DNA from: an uncultured virus (IMG/VR IMGVR_UViG_3300037846_000120)
Lineage: Duplodnaviria; Heunggongvirae; Uroviricota; Caudoviricetes
Reading direction: 5' to 3' (one strand)
DNA: 64,000 bases
IMG/VR virus record: IMGVR_UViG_3300037846_000120
Part shown: piece by piece, positions 20,502 to 29,607 of the stretch
Numbering within the stretch: the first letter of the stretch is position 1
Layout of the letters: every line of letters begins with the position of its first letter
The notes under the pieces: generated by a model
Seen by the model: only the letters and a program-made list of their open reading frames with translations
The model's database searches: none
Told to the model about the DNA's origin: nothing
Program-made: the position numbers and the translations under genes

Positions 20502-20834
20502 ATGAGTTTCCACATCAACATTGCTGCATCATCCGTCACCGCCGCAAAGTCGAAGCTGCATGACGCCTATGCGCCGAGCATCGTGAAGGCGCTGATCGAA
20601 GCGGCGCTTGACGGAATTCCGAAGCCGCGACCGCGCATAATGGCGGATGAAGCCCTCGCTGCGGGCGGCAAACCCCAATCTGGCGCCCAGGGCACGATCC
20701 GATCGGATGCGGAGAAGGCTTCGCAACTTGGGGCGGTTTTTATCGGCGTGTTCGTCGAAGCATATGGGCACTTCGACGTCGACGGCGGCACCAGCGAAAT
20801 GCAGCGCTTTATCGTCAGACCGCTCTACGAATAA
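20502..20834 (+). CDS. hypothetical protein
   Basis: MSFHI...VFVEAYGH; GGGA RBS. Confidence 0.6.
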   Translation: MSFHINIAASSVTAAKSKLHDAYAPSIVKALIEAALDGIPKPRPRIMADEALAAGGKPQSGAQGTIRSDAEKASQLGAVFIGVFVEAYGHFDVDGGTSEMQRFIVRPLYE

Positions 20835-20909
20835 TTTTTGTCACGCGTGATCGCGTGAGGGCGGTCGCTGCGTTTTTAGATCATCGGACGCAAGAGCCAT
20901 CGGCAGCAT

Positions 20910-21725
20910 GTGAGGGTGCTGGTGGCGGGGCTATCATCGACCGCCAAGCGGCGGGTCGACATCGAGCAGTTGTTGGCGTGGGCATATCTTGAGGAGCTGC
21001 CGAAGCGCGGCCCAGGCGGTATGAACGGCATTGCGTCGATGCTCGATTACGGCGCGCCGATCGACGTCAGCCATTCCGAGGCAATCCCGGTCACTTACGG
21101 CGAGCCGCATCCCGACGCGCTATTGCTCGATTACAAGGTGCGCAGCCTGCCGCCGGTGCTATTCACCGTGGCGATGGCGCGGCATCTGCTCGGCGAGCTT
21201 GCGCCGTATCTGATGCGGGAAGTGGTGCGCACCGTCAGAACGATCATGATAAGGCGCGGCGATCGAGACATTGCCGGGATCGTCGGCGACGAGCGCACCG
21301 ACCAGGTGACCGAAGTGGAGAAGCGGGAACTGTCACCGGCGGCACTGATCGCGATCCACGCTCGCCTCGGCAATCGGCCGAATTGGAGCGTCGGACCATG
21401 GCGCATTACCCGCGTCAATGGCAGGAACAACAAGCCGATCGTACACGGCATCACCAGGGGCCATCGCTACAACACCGGCGCCTACTGCCCGCTGCAGCTC
21501 GCGCCATCAGCCGAGACCATCGCGCGGGCACGCTTCGAATATGCAGTGTGGTGGATGTCGCTCATGGAGCTGGCGGAGAGTTGCCAACTGACGGAGCATG
21601 TGGCGCTCCCGCCTCGAGCTGCGGCCGAGCCCTGGTTTACAGGGGAGGAGTCAAGGTCCAGAATTCTCAAGGCAATTTGCCCACGACAGAATGAATTAAC
21701 CACGCAACCAGCAACGCCTTGCTGA
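20910..21725 (+). CDS. putative late-gene regulator / Q-like antiterminator
   Basis: DIEQLLAWAY..ELPK, PHPDA, R..Y..WW..L pattern; sits just upstream of a promoter-terminator pair. Confidence 0.55.
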   Translation: MRVLVAGLSSTAKRRVDIEQLLAWAYLEELPKRGPGGMNGIASMLDYGAPIDVSHSEAIPVTYGEPHPDALLLDYKVRSLPPVLFTVAMARHLLGELAPYLMREVVRTVRTIMIRRGDRDIAGIVGDERTDQVTEVEKRELSPAALIAIHARLGNRPNWSVGPWRITRVNGRNNKPIVHGITRGHRYNTGAYCPLQLAPSAETIARARFEYAVWWMSLMELAESCQLTEHVALPPRAAAEPWFTGEESRSRILKAICPRQNELTTQPATPC

Positions 21726-21735
21726 GAGTTGCGGT

Positions 21736-21800
21736 CTTGACGATAATACGACTACCGAAATTGTCAGCCCGCCCGGCCTCGCCGCGGCGGGATTTTTGTT
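21736..21800 (+). promoter_or_regulatory. putative late promoter (CTTGAC -35) followed by an intrinsic terminator
   Basis: CTTGAC at 21736; CCCGCC...GGCGGG-ATTTTTGTT at 21768-21800. Confidence 0.5.
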
Positions 21801-21801
21801 G

Positions 21802-21878
21802 GCCGGCGTAGCTCAGTTGGTAGAGCAGGGTCTTTGTAAGGCTCAGGTCGCAGGTTCAATTCCGTGCCGCTGGCACCA
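21802..21878 (+). tRNA. phage tRNA-Thr(TGT) with a bulged T-stem
   Basis: acceptor GCCGGCG/CGCTGGC, D-arm GCTC/GAGC, loop TTTGTAA, CCA end. Confidence 0.85.
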
Positions 21879-21900
21879 TCCTTGTTCTCATTTCCCGAAT

Positions 21901-22003
21901 GCTCGCGGCGGCCCGTGCCGGGCCGAGCGATCGGCGGACGATGGCCCCGCATCCTTCTGGACCGCCGGTTAGAGCCGAGCAGTAGCGACCTCGGCCCGCG
22001 AGC
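21901..22003 (+). ncRNA. predicted four-way-junction structured RNA
   Basis: closing stem GCTCGCGG/CCGCGAGC enclosing three hairpins. Confidence 0.45.
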
Positions 22004-22179
22004 TACCCGTTCTTGAATCCGCATTAACGATTTCAGCACATAGAAGTTTCCAGCGGCGCTGTAAGTGGGGATCAGGTCTAGCGCACCTCACTGCGCTCGC
22101 GCGCTCCCGGTCCTGGTCGCGTCTGGCTCTATCAGTCGTCCGAGCCAGGACCGGGGCGCGCATCAAACAAAGGCGGATC

Positions 22180-22644
22180 ATGAGCGGTCGCGCGCTCCAT
22201 GAGCGGGAAGGTGTCCTCATCACCAACCGCAAGACCGATCGGCGCCAGGCGCCGAAGCGTCCGCTTATTGAGCGGCTCGATGCGCTCAACATCAAATACG
22301 CCGCGCGCTATCCGACGCGATGGCGCCCGGAAGTGCGAATGGGTTTCCTGCTGCCGAAGCTGTGGGCGCCGTTCGTTTCATCCGGCTCGCACGGCATCGG
22401 CGTCAACGTCATCCGCGGCTTTGTGCAGATCACCAACGGCTCCGCCGGCGAATGCTTCCAGAGCGCCATCGACTTCTGTGCTGTCGTTGGGAAAGGCCGA
22501 GCGCCTGAGATCATCTTGGCGACGATCCGATCAAGCAGTGAGCCCGACAAGCACCATGGCCGATGGATGTCGGTAGTTAACGGCGCGTTGGTTGAGTGCA
22601 GCGGTCATGTTCAGCCGCGCATTTATTTACCGAGGGGAAAATGA
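22180..22644 (+). CDS. hypothetical protein
   Basis: ORF with stop coupled (ATGA) to the next gene; start uncertain. Confidence 0.45.
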   Translation: MSGRALHEREGVLITNRKTDRRQAPKRPLIERLDALNIKYAARYPTRWRPEVRMGFLLPKLWAPFVSSGSHGIGVNVIRGFVQITNGSAGECFQSAIDFCAVVGKGRAPEIILATIRSSSEPDKHHGRWMSVVNGALVECSGHVQPRIYLPRGK

Positions 22645-22904
22645 GCATCCCGTCACATGCGATACGCATTGCCTTGCACAAAGAAGCAATCCTGGCCGCG
22701 GTGCGGGCCAAGGTTGATGTCGATCTCAAATCTTTTACCTCCGGCTTCGACGCTTCCGAGCAATGCTTGTTCATCTCGTATAAGCGCTTTGCCAATGCCG
22801 AACGCCGCACCATTTTGGTTGGGTTCGGCGAAGGGCTTGTCAGCGCCGTGCGTGAGCGGTTGATGCAAGAATTTCCGCCCGCTTGGTCAGATCCAGTGTG
22901 CTGA
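22641..22904 (+). CDS. hypothetical protein
   Basis: GAGGGG RBS; ATGA coupling. Confidence 0.55.
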   Translation: MSIPSHAIRIALHKEAILAAVRAKVDVDLKSFTSGFDASEQCLFISYKRFANAERRTILVGFGEGLVSAVRERLMQEFPPAWSDPVC

Positions 22905-23028
22905 TGCAGATTTGGCAAAAACCGGCACTTTCGCTCTTTGTTCGCACCCGCGGCCGAAAATCGAGCCCCACAGATCATCCGTGGTGCGTTAATCCGAAGT
23001 GCCCGCTATGTCGGTGAGGGGGAAATTC

Positions 23029-23229
23029 ATGGCCAACCGTGCGCTGTTCACTGCAGACGAAATCGCTGGGCTTATGGCGTTTGATCGTCGCGGCGGTGAC
23101 ATCGCGGCCTGGGCAAAAGCGCGAGGTCTAAAGCCCGGCAGCGTTGCACAGGTGGTGCTCCGCGAACGGTGCCGGCCGCTCACTTACGACGAGCTGAAGA
23201 AGCGCCGTAATGCCCGACGCGCCGGTTGA
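23029..23229 (+). CDS. small HTH-like protein
   Basis: GAGGGG RBS; FTADEI...IAAWAKARGLKPGSV. Confidence 0.55.
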   Translation: MANRALFTADEIAGLMAFDRRGGDIAAWAKARGLKPGSVAQVVLRERCRPLTYDELKKRRNARRAG

Positions 23230-23320
23230 TCCGCTTGACGACGACGAGTTCGACGTCGCCCGCGACGATCCCTGCGGCGAGCCGGACGACATGCCGGAGC
23301 CGGACGACGGTGAGGATTAG
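23210..23320 (+). CDS. highly acidic 36-aa micropeptide
   Basis: own translation MPDAPVDPLDDDEFDVARDDPCGEPDDMPEPDDGED; RBS weak. Confidence 0.4.
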   Translation: MPDAPVDPLDDDEFDVARDDPCGEPDDMPEPDDGED

Positions 23321-23399
23321 CTGCACGCGGGGGATTCACATTCTTCCAGCGGCGCTGTAAACCTGCCGATGCGCGAATCACCGCGCAACGGAGGCAACC

Positions 23400-23531
23400 A
23401 TGGCACCGCGTTCTTCGTCACGTTCACGCCGCTCGCCGAGCGCGCGCAGCCGGCGTACCACACCTCGCGCGGCACGGGCTCGCAGCAAGCGCAGCTCGAG
23501 CACGATGCGGAAGCGGGCTGCGACGGCCTAA
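23400..23531 (+). CDS. protamine-like Arg/Ser-rich 43-aa micropeptide
   Basis: GGAGG-N5-ATG; MAPRSSSRSRRSPSARSRRTTPRAARARSKRSSSTMRKRAATA; followed by a hairpin. Confidence 0.6.
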   Translation: MAPRSSSRSRRSPSARSRRTTPRAARARSKRSSSTMRKRAATA

Positions 23532-23603
23532 AGGGCTTCGGCTTCGCAGACAGCGTACAGGAAGGCCCGGTTCGCGCCGGGCCTTTCGCTTTGAGGAGAG
23601 CCG

Positions 23604-24218
23604 ATGCGCCCGATGCCGCCAGCAGAGATTGTCGAGCGGCAGATCGACGGGCCGATGTTCGCGCCGGCGCCGGACATACTGGAATGGATGACGGCGACGT
23701 TCATCCAGGACAGCGGCTATGTCGCCAACCCGGATCACGGTCATCTGGTGAGTGCGCGGATCGGAGTGTTATGGGCCGGCGTGCGCAACAGCCGCCACGG
23801 TCGAAGCATCGTCGGGCAAGCGGAGTTCAAGCCGCCGGGTGGTTCGATGGGGAAGTGGGCGCGGGCTAGAGCTCAAGCGCAACTGCTGGGATGGTTCGGC
23901 TGCGATCTCGATTTCCTGTTGACGTTCGACGCGGAATACGCGGCACAGGCAAGCGACGCCGAGTTTTGCGCCCTGGTCGAGCACGAGCTTTATCACTGCG
24001 GCCAGGCCAAGGACGAATTCGGGCAACCAAAGTTCATCGCCGACACCGGCATCCCGGTATTCGCAATGCGCGGCCATGACGTTGAGGAGTTTGTCGGGGT
24101 GGTGAAGCGGTACGGGGTGGTTTCAGCCGATGTGGCGGCAATGGTCGCGGCGGCTGCGGAGATCCCGACGGTCGATCCCGAATTCATCCGCGGCGCCTGC
24201 GGCACCTGTCACGCGTGA
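23604..24218 (+). CDS. putative phage metallopeptidase
   Basis: FCALVEHELYHC HExxH motif, HDVEEF.GVV.RYG. Confidence 0.9.
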   Translation: MRPMPPAEIVERQIDGPMFAPAPDILEWMTATFIQDSGYVANPDHGHLVSARIGVLWAGVRNSRHGRSIVGQAEFKPPGGSMGKWARARAQAQLLGWFGCDLDFLLTFDAEYAAQASDAEFCALVEHELYHCGQAKDEFGQPKFIADTGIPVFAMRGHDVEEFVGVVKRYGVVSADVAAMVAAAAEIPTVDPEFIRGACGTCHA

Positions 24219-24240
24219 CGGTTTGACCGGACCTTGACCG

Positions 24241-24855
24241 ATGGCCGCTCCCGACGAACTGCCGGACGAGATCAAAGAGTTCATCGTTGGCCAGCTTGCG
24301 TGCTGGCAGACGCCATCTGCCGTCGCCGCGACCGTCAAGGCGGATTACGGCATCGACATCACCCGCCAGCGGGTCGAGGCTTACGACCCGACCAAGGTTG
24401 CGGGCAAGGCGCTGTCGGACAAGCTCAAGGCGCTGTTCGAGGAATCGCGGGGCCGCTACTTGGCCGACACCGCCGAGATCGGGATTGCGCAACAGACGTT
24501 CCGGCTGCGGCTGCTCGATCGCATGGCGCAGAAGGCCGAGAGCGCCGGCAACATGGGCATGGCGGCGCAGCTCGCCGAGCAGGCTGCGAAGGAAATGGGC
24601 GGCGCCTACACCAACCGCCGCGAATTGTCCGGCCCTGGCGGCAAGCCGTTGCAGGTACAGCCTGTCGCGCAAACCGCTGCCGAGGTGACTGATGAACTCG
24701 CAGGCATCTTCGGCGCCGCAGTCGCAGCCGTTCCCGCTCGAGCTGCCGAAGACCCGCCTGGAAACGATCCAGTGGTACGTCCACATCCTGACGAGTGCTT
24801 CGGCCCGATCACCGGAGCATTTGCGCCAGGCGAAGCGGAAGCTGATCCGCAATGA
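24241..24855 (+). CDS. terS: terminase small subunit (DUF2280-like)
   Basis: FIV..LAC..TPS.VA..VK...YDPTK...EQAAKEMGGAYTNRRELSG. Confidence 0.85.
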   Translation: MAAPDELPDEIKEFIVGQLACWQTPSAVAATVKADYGIDITRQRVEAYDPTKVAGKALSDKLKALFEESRGRYLADTAEIGIAQQTFRLRLLDRMAQKAESAGNMGMAAQLAEQAAKEMGGAYTNRRELSGPGGKPLQVQPVAQTAAEVTDELAGIFGAAVAAVPARAAEDPPGNDPVVRPHPDECFGPITGAFAPGEAEADPQ

Positions 24856-26311
24856 TCTGTTCTATCTGCTCACCGTCGCCTGCAAACGCCGCGACATCAA
24901 TCGCGACTGGCTGTTCGACCGCTGCCGTGAAGTAGGCGCGGCACCTAACGGTTTTTTGGACCTGTGGGCGCGTGAGCACTACAAGTCGACCATCATCACC
25001 TTCGGGCTGTCGCTGCAGGATGTGCTGGCCAGCCACGGTGAGGATCCCGAGCCGCGCTACAACGGCCGCGAAGTCACTATCGGGATTTTCTCGCACACCC
25101 GGCCGATCGCCAAAGGCTTCCTGCGGCAGATCAAGCGCGAGGCCGAGACCAACGAGGAACTGAAGGAGCTTTTCCCCGACGTCCTGTGGGCCAGCCCCGG
25201 CGCCGAAGCGCCGAAATGGTCGGAAGACGACGGGCTGATCTTCAAGCGCAAGACCAATCCGAACGAGGCGACGATCGAGGCATGGGGCCTGGTCGACGGC
25301 CAGCCGATCTCGAAGCACTTCTTCATTCGCGATTACGACGACGTGGTGACCGATCGGAGCGTCACGACGCCGGAAATGATCCACAAAACCACCGAAGCGT
25401 GGGAGCTTTCGGAAAATCTCGGCACCGAAGGCGGCTGGGTCCGTTTCGAGGGCAGCCGCTACCACCTGTTCGACACCTATTCGGTGATGATGGAGCGCGG
25501 CATTCCGGCCCGCATTCATCCCTGCACGTTGGACGGCTCCGAGGATTGGTCGAAGTCGGTGCTGCGGTCGGCCGAGTTCCTCGCTGAGAAGCGCCGACTG
25601 CAAGGCCCATACACCTTCGGAGCACAGATGCTGCTCAATCCGACCGCCGACAAGGTGCAAGGCTTCGCCGACGCGTGGGTCAAATACTGGCCAGCGCAGA
25701 ACTTCACCGGGCTCAACAAGTACATCGTGGTCGATCCGGCCTCGAAAAAGAAGGCGACCAGCGACTACACCACCATGTGGGTGATCGGCGCCGCCGGCGA
25801 CGAGCACTACTACGTGTGCGACGTGATCCGCGATCGGCTGAACCTCACCGAGCGCACCAAAGCGCTGTTCTATCTGCACCGCAAGTGGCGCCCGCTCGGC
25901 GTCGGCTACGAAGAGTACGGCCTGCAGGCGGACATCGAGCACATGCAATACGTGATGGCGCAGACCAACTATCGGTTTGGCATCACGGCGCTCGGCGGCT
26001 CGCTGAGCAAGCTGCACCGCATCAAGCGGCTGATCCCCGTGTTCGAGCAGGGCCGAATCCTGCTTCCGGAATCGGGCATCCTCTACACCACGGTCGGCGA
26101 CAAACACACGCTCGACCTGGTGAAGGTGTTTCTCGCCGAAGAATACAAGCCGTTCCCGGTGCTCAGCCACGAGGACATGCTCGACGGCATGAGCCGCATT
26201 CTCGACCCCGAACTTGCCGTCATCTTCCCCGAGCCGATCGAACTGCAAACCCCGAAGTGGATGCAGGATATGGCCGAGGAAGGGGAGGGCGGCGACTTCA
26301 TGGCCACCTAA
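24692..26311 (+). CDS. terL: terminase large subunit
   Basis: AREHYKST Walker A variant, YDDVV Walker B, VDPAS...SDYT RNase H domain, HEDMLD. Confidence 0.9.
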   Translation: MNSQASSAPQSQPFPLELPKTRLETIQWYVHILTSASARSPEHLRQAKRKLIRNDLFYLLTVACKRRDINRDWLFDRCREVGAAPNGFLDLWAREHYKSTIITFGLSLQDVLASHGEDPEPRYNGREVTIGIFSHTRPIAKGFLRQIKREAETNEELKELFPDVLWASPGAEAPKWSEDDGLIFKRKTNPNEATIEAWGLVDGQPISKHFFIRDYDDVVTDRSVTTPEMIHKTTEAWELSENLGTEGGWVRFEGSRYHLFDTYSVMMERGIPARIHPCTLDGSEDWSKSVLRSAEFLAEKRRLQGPYTFGAQMLLNPTADKVQGFADAWVKYWPAQNFTGLNKYIVVDPASKKKATSDYTTMWVIGAAGDEHYYVCDVIRDRLNLTERTKALFYLHRKWRPLGVGYEEYGLQADIEHMQYVMAQTNYRFGITALGGSLSKLHRIKRLIPVFEQGRILLPESGILYTTVGDKHTLDLVKVFLAEEYKPFPVLSHEDMLDGMSRILDPELAVIFPEPIELQTPKWMQDMAEEGEGGDFMAT

Positions 26312-26334
26312 CACACCACTGGAGACCAACGACA

Positions 26335-27636
26335 ATGACCGATTCAGCCGCGAACCTCCAAACCAAGGCCGGCACTGCATGGCATGTCCAGGGCAACGCC
26401 ATCATGGCGCAGCTCGGACACATCACCGGCGCCGGCAGTCCGCTCGGCTCCGTCACGCCCGCTTTCGCCGGCCAGGAATACCAGGACACGACCGCTAAGC
26501 AGTTCTGGCGCGCGAACGATGTCACCAATACGTCGTGGGTGCAGGTCGGCGGATCGGGCGGCGGCGCTGGCAGCGGCAATGTCAAAAACACCGCCATCAC
26601 CACCGTTGGCGCCGGCACGCTCACTGCTGCCGCGATCGCCGGCGGCATCATAAGCCGCTCGGGCTCGACGGCGGCTTACACCGACACCACCGATACGGCC
26701 GCGGCGATCATCGCCGCCATGAGCAACGAGGCGGTGAACTCGTCCTTCGTCCTCGAAATCCGCAACACCGTGAACTTTCCCGAGACGATTGCCGCCGGCA
26801 CCGGCGTCACGCTGTCGGGCAACACGATCGTTCCCGGCAACAGCATCGGTTATTATCTCGTCACCATCACCGGCGCTGGCGCGGTGTCCATGGTCGGCTT
26901 CGGCGTATCGCCGCTGACCATGCAGCCGCCGATCGCTTCGACCGCGCTCACCACGGTTGGCGCCGGCACCATTACCGGCGCCGGCATTGCCGGTGGCATG
27001 AGCCTGCGCTCGGGGCCCACCGCCGCCTTCACCGATACGACCGATACCGCTGCAAACATCATTGCGGCGCTGCCGAACGCGACCATCGGGCAGTCGTGGG
27101 ATTGGACTTACGAGAACACCACAAACTTCCTGGCAACGCTCGCTGGCGGAACGGGCGTAACGATTTCAGGCAACACGCTTGTCCCGCAGAACTCGTGGGC
27201 GGAGTTCCTGGTCACCTATACGGCCGCGAACACCATCACGCTTCAGTGCGTCGAGGCGGGCTCGAACGCGCCGATCCCGGACGCGCAATATTCCACCGCT
27301 GCGCTGCAATCAGCCGTGATCCCGGCCGCCAATATGGCTGGCGCCAAGATTGTTGCCTTCGAGAACACCGGCACCACGCCCGCCAACCTGCAATCGGATA
27401 CGGCCGCCAACATCGTTGCCGCGATCCCGAATGCCAAAGTCGGCATGTCGTACCTGCTCAAGATCAGGAATTCGTCAGGCTCCGCCAACACCGCGACCAT
27501 CACGACGAACACCGGCATCACGCTTCACGGCACCATGACCATCGCGCAGACCGTCACGCGTGACTTCCTGGTGCAGCTCACCTCGCTCACCGCAATCGAT
27601 ATCTATTCGATGGGGATTTCGGCGGCTGGCGCGTAA
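26335..27636 (+). CDS. Thr/Ala/Gly-rich virion protein with three internal repeats (decoration/fibre-like)
   Basis: GGAG RBS; repeats of T(T/S)DTAA.I(I/V)AA....G.S...I.N....T...GTG.TL.G. Confidence 0.75.
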   Translation: MTDSAANLQTKAGTAWHVQGNAIMAQLGHITGAGSPLGSVTPAFAGQEYQDTTAKQFWRANDVTNTSWVQVGGSGGGAGSGNVKNTAITTVGAGTLTAAAIAGGIISRSGSTAAYTDTTDTAAAIIAAMSNEAVNSSFVLEIRNTVNFPETIAAGTGVTLSGNTIVPGNSIGYYLVTITGAGAVSMVGFGVSPLTMQPPIASTALTTVGAGTITGAGIAGGMSLRSGPTAAFTDTTDTAANIIAALPNATIGQSWDWTYENTTNFLATLAGGTGVTISGNTLVPQNSWAEFLVTYTAANTITLQCVEAGSNAPIPDAQYSTAALQSAVIPAANMAGAKIVAFENTGTTPANLQSDTAANIVAAIPNAKVGMSYLLKIRNSSGSANTATITTNTGITLHGTMTIAQTVTRDFLVQLTSLTAIDIYSMGISAAGA

Positions 27637-27779
27637 GGCGCGGCCGTAGTTTTTCAGGTGGGACGCCGGTAACCGAATTCATAAGGCCCGGTGCGGCAAA
27701 GCTTGCCTCCATCTCGCGCCTCCAAAGCGCAGCGCGCAGCAAGACGTCCCAGAGAATAAAACGGAAGAGGAATGCGCCC

Positions 27780-28055
27780 ATGTCAGGCAGCGGCGGTTTC
27801 GACACCAGCCAGGTCACCGTTCAAAGCAGCGGCGCAACGCTAATCGCCGCGCGACGGCCTGGGCGCAACGCCATCACGATCATCAACCGGGGCACCGTGC
27901 CGGTCGAGATCGGCAATTCAAGCGCGGTGACGACGGGTGCGGGTGCCGAGCTTCCCGGCGTTGCCGGCGCGAGCCTCACCATTCCCACCCAGGCCGAGGT
28001 TTGGGGCATCGCCGAAAGCGCGACGCAATCAGTCAGCGTGGTCGAAACCTACTGA
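27780..28055 (+). CDS. small beta-rich virion protein
   Basis: GAGG RBS; R.AITIIN.G...V.IG...VT...G. Confidence 0.7.
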   Translation: MSGSGGFDTSQVTVQSSGATLIAARRPGRNAITIINRGTVPVEIGNSSAVTTGAGAELPGVAGASLTIPTQAEVWGIAESATQSVSVVETY

Positions 28056-28216
28056 TGCCGTCCGAGCAGAACGCCGCCACGCCGAGCGATCCACCCAAGC
28101 CGAGCAACAGCGAAGGCCAAGGCATGTCCTACCAGGGCAGCTCCGGCGGTGGCGGCGGTGGCTTTGCACTCGATCTCTTCGACCTGTCCGACTTTCGCAA
28201 CCTGCTAAAGCTATGA
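28055..28216 (+). CDS. small hypothetical protein
   Basis: TGATG coupling. Confidence 0.45.
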   Translation: MPSEQNAATPSDPPKPSNSEGQGMSYQGSSGGGGGGFALDLFDLSDFRNLLKL

Positions 28217-28226
28217 GGCTAAACTC

Positions 28227-29396
28227 ATGACGCTTCACCTTTTGGCCAAAGCGGCGAAGGACGGTGGCGGCACCACGATCGCGGGCGGCGTCAATTTCAA
28301 CGACGAGAGCGCCGCCGGCACCGGGCCGTTCGATCAGGCTGTGGTGCTGGTCGACAGCACGCAGCATGAAGTTCTTGGCACCACGGCCGACGCAGCGCAG
28401 ACCGATCAGACACAGACTGCGGGCTTGATTGCCCTCGTCAAAGGCATCATCGCCACGCTCAAGACGCTGGTGGTGCTCGGCGCTGGCTCGAATATTGTCG
28501 GCAAGGTCGGCGTCGACCAGACGACGCCGGGCACCACCGACAGCGTGACGGTGGCGACCGGCCAGGGTGCCGGTGCCGCGATCGGTGCCACTAATGGCGC
28601 GGCTGTCATCACGGACGCCAACGGCACGATCCAACAATATTTGCGCGGCCTGGTGAAACTGATTGCCGCCAAGATCGGCGTGACGGTCGCCGATGGCGAC
28701 GCCGCGACCGTAGGAGCGAAGGCCGATCCCGCGGTGACCGACTCGACCGCTTCCGCTTCCGTCGTCGCCGCGCTCAAGGGCCTGCTCACCACGATCGGCA
28801 CCAAGGCGGCCGGCACTGCGGCGCTCAAAAGCCTCCTGATGGGCGGCGTCTTCAACACCACCTATCCGACGCTGACCAACGGCCAGCAGGCGGCGCTGCA
28901 GCTCGACGCGTTCGGCGGCCTGGCGACGGTCGGCCAGCGCGTGCTCGGACCCATCAAAGGTGCGATCAACAATGCGCAGAGCAGCTATACGCCGAGCAGC
29001 AATGTCCTCAATATCGGCGGCCTGATCACGGTCTCGACCGGATTGCCGGCAGGCACGGTGTTGTCGGCAGTCACCGTCAGGGTGAAGGCGCTGGCGTCCG
29101 ACGTGACGGCTTTCGGCGTCCCGCAGATCAAGATTTTCGACGCCAACCCTGCCACATCAAATTTTACCGACAACGTGGCTCAGTCGTTGAACAGCGTTGA
29201 TCTGGACAAGCTGCTGGCCAATGCCAACGTTTCGGCGGCCGCGACGGATGTCGGCGGCGGCCAGATTTGGTCGCTTGCGGGGACACGGATGACGCTCGAT
29301 GGGAGCGGCAATCTCTACTTCACACTTGGCGTCGGCGGAACGGCAACTTTTTCCGGTACCAACAAACTGCGTTACGAGGTCGACGGCGCCTATTAG
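28227..29396 (+). CDS. fibre-like virion protein
   Basis: repeated D.A.TD......IA.LKG motifs; PTLTNGQQAALQLDA. Confidence 0.7.
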   Translation: MTLHLLAKAAKDGGGTTIAGGVNFNDESAAGTGPFDQAVVLVDSTQHEVLGTTADAAQTDQTQTAGLIALVKGIIATLKTLVVLGAGSNIVGKVGVDQTTPGTTDSVTVATGQGAGAAIGATNGAAVITDANGTIQQYLRGLVKLIAAKIGVTVADGDAATVGAKADPAVTDSTASASVVAALKGLLTTIGTKAAGTAALKSLLMGGVFNTTYPTLTNGQQAALQLDAFGGLATVGQRVLGPIKGAINNAQSSYTPSSNVLNIGGLITVSTGLPAGTVLSAVTVRVKALASDVTAFGVPQIKIFDANPATSNFTDNVAQSLNSVDLDKLLANANVSAAATDVGGGQIWSLAGTRMTLDGSGNLYFTLGVGGTATFSGTNKLRYEVDGAY

Positions 29397-29607
29397 CCGA
29401 TCGCGCCGTCGGCGCCGCGATCGGCGCGGGTCACCATTTCACGACATTCCGCCTAAGTCGACAACGTCATCGTCGCATCGACGCGCCCCGACATTGTGCT
29501 GCCCACCTTGGCCACAACGGCGCCGGCGGTGAAGGTGACGAGCGCGTCCATCGTCCACAACCCTGCAACGAGGGCGAACCGAATGCAACGGCAACCATAG
29601 CGGGATC

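Noticed and set aside
21844..21859. 16-nt match CAGGTCGCAGGTTCAA to tRNA-Pro (5030-5045) as attR
   Set aside because: Generic variable-loop/T-arm similarity within a complete different tRNA; phage genes continue on both sides.
25675..26334. N-terminal extension of the 653-aa ORF
   Set aside because: Shadow of terL; the RBS and composition change support a start at 26335.
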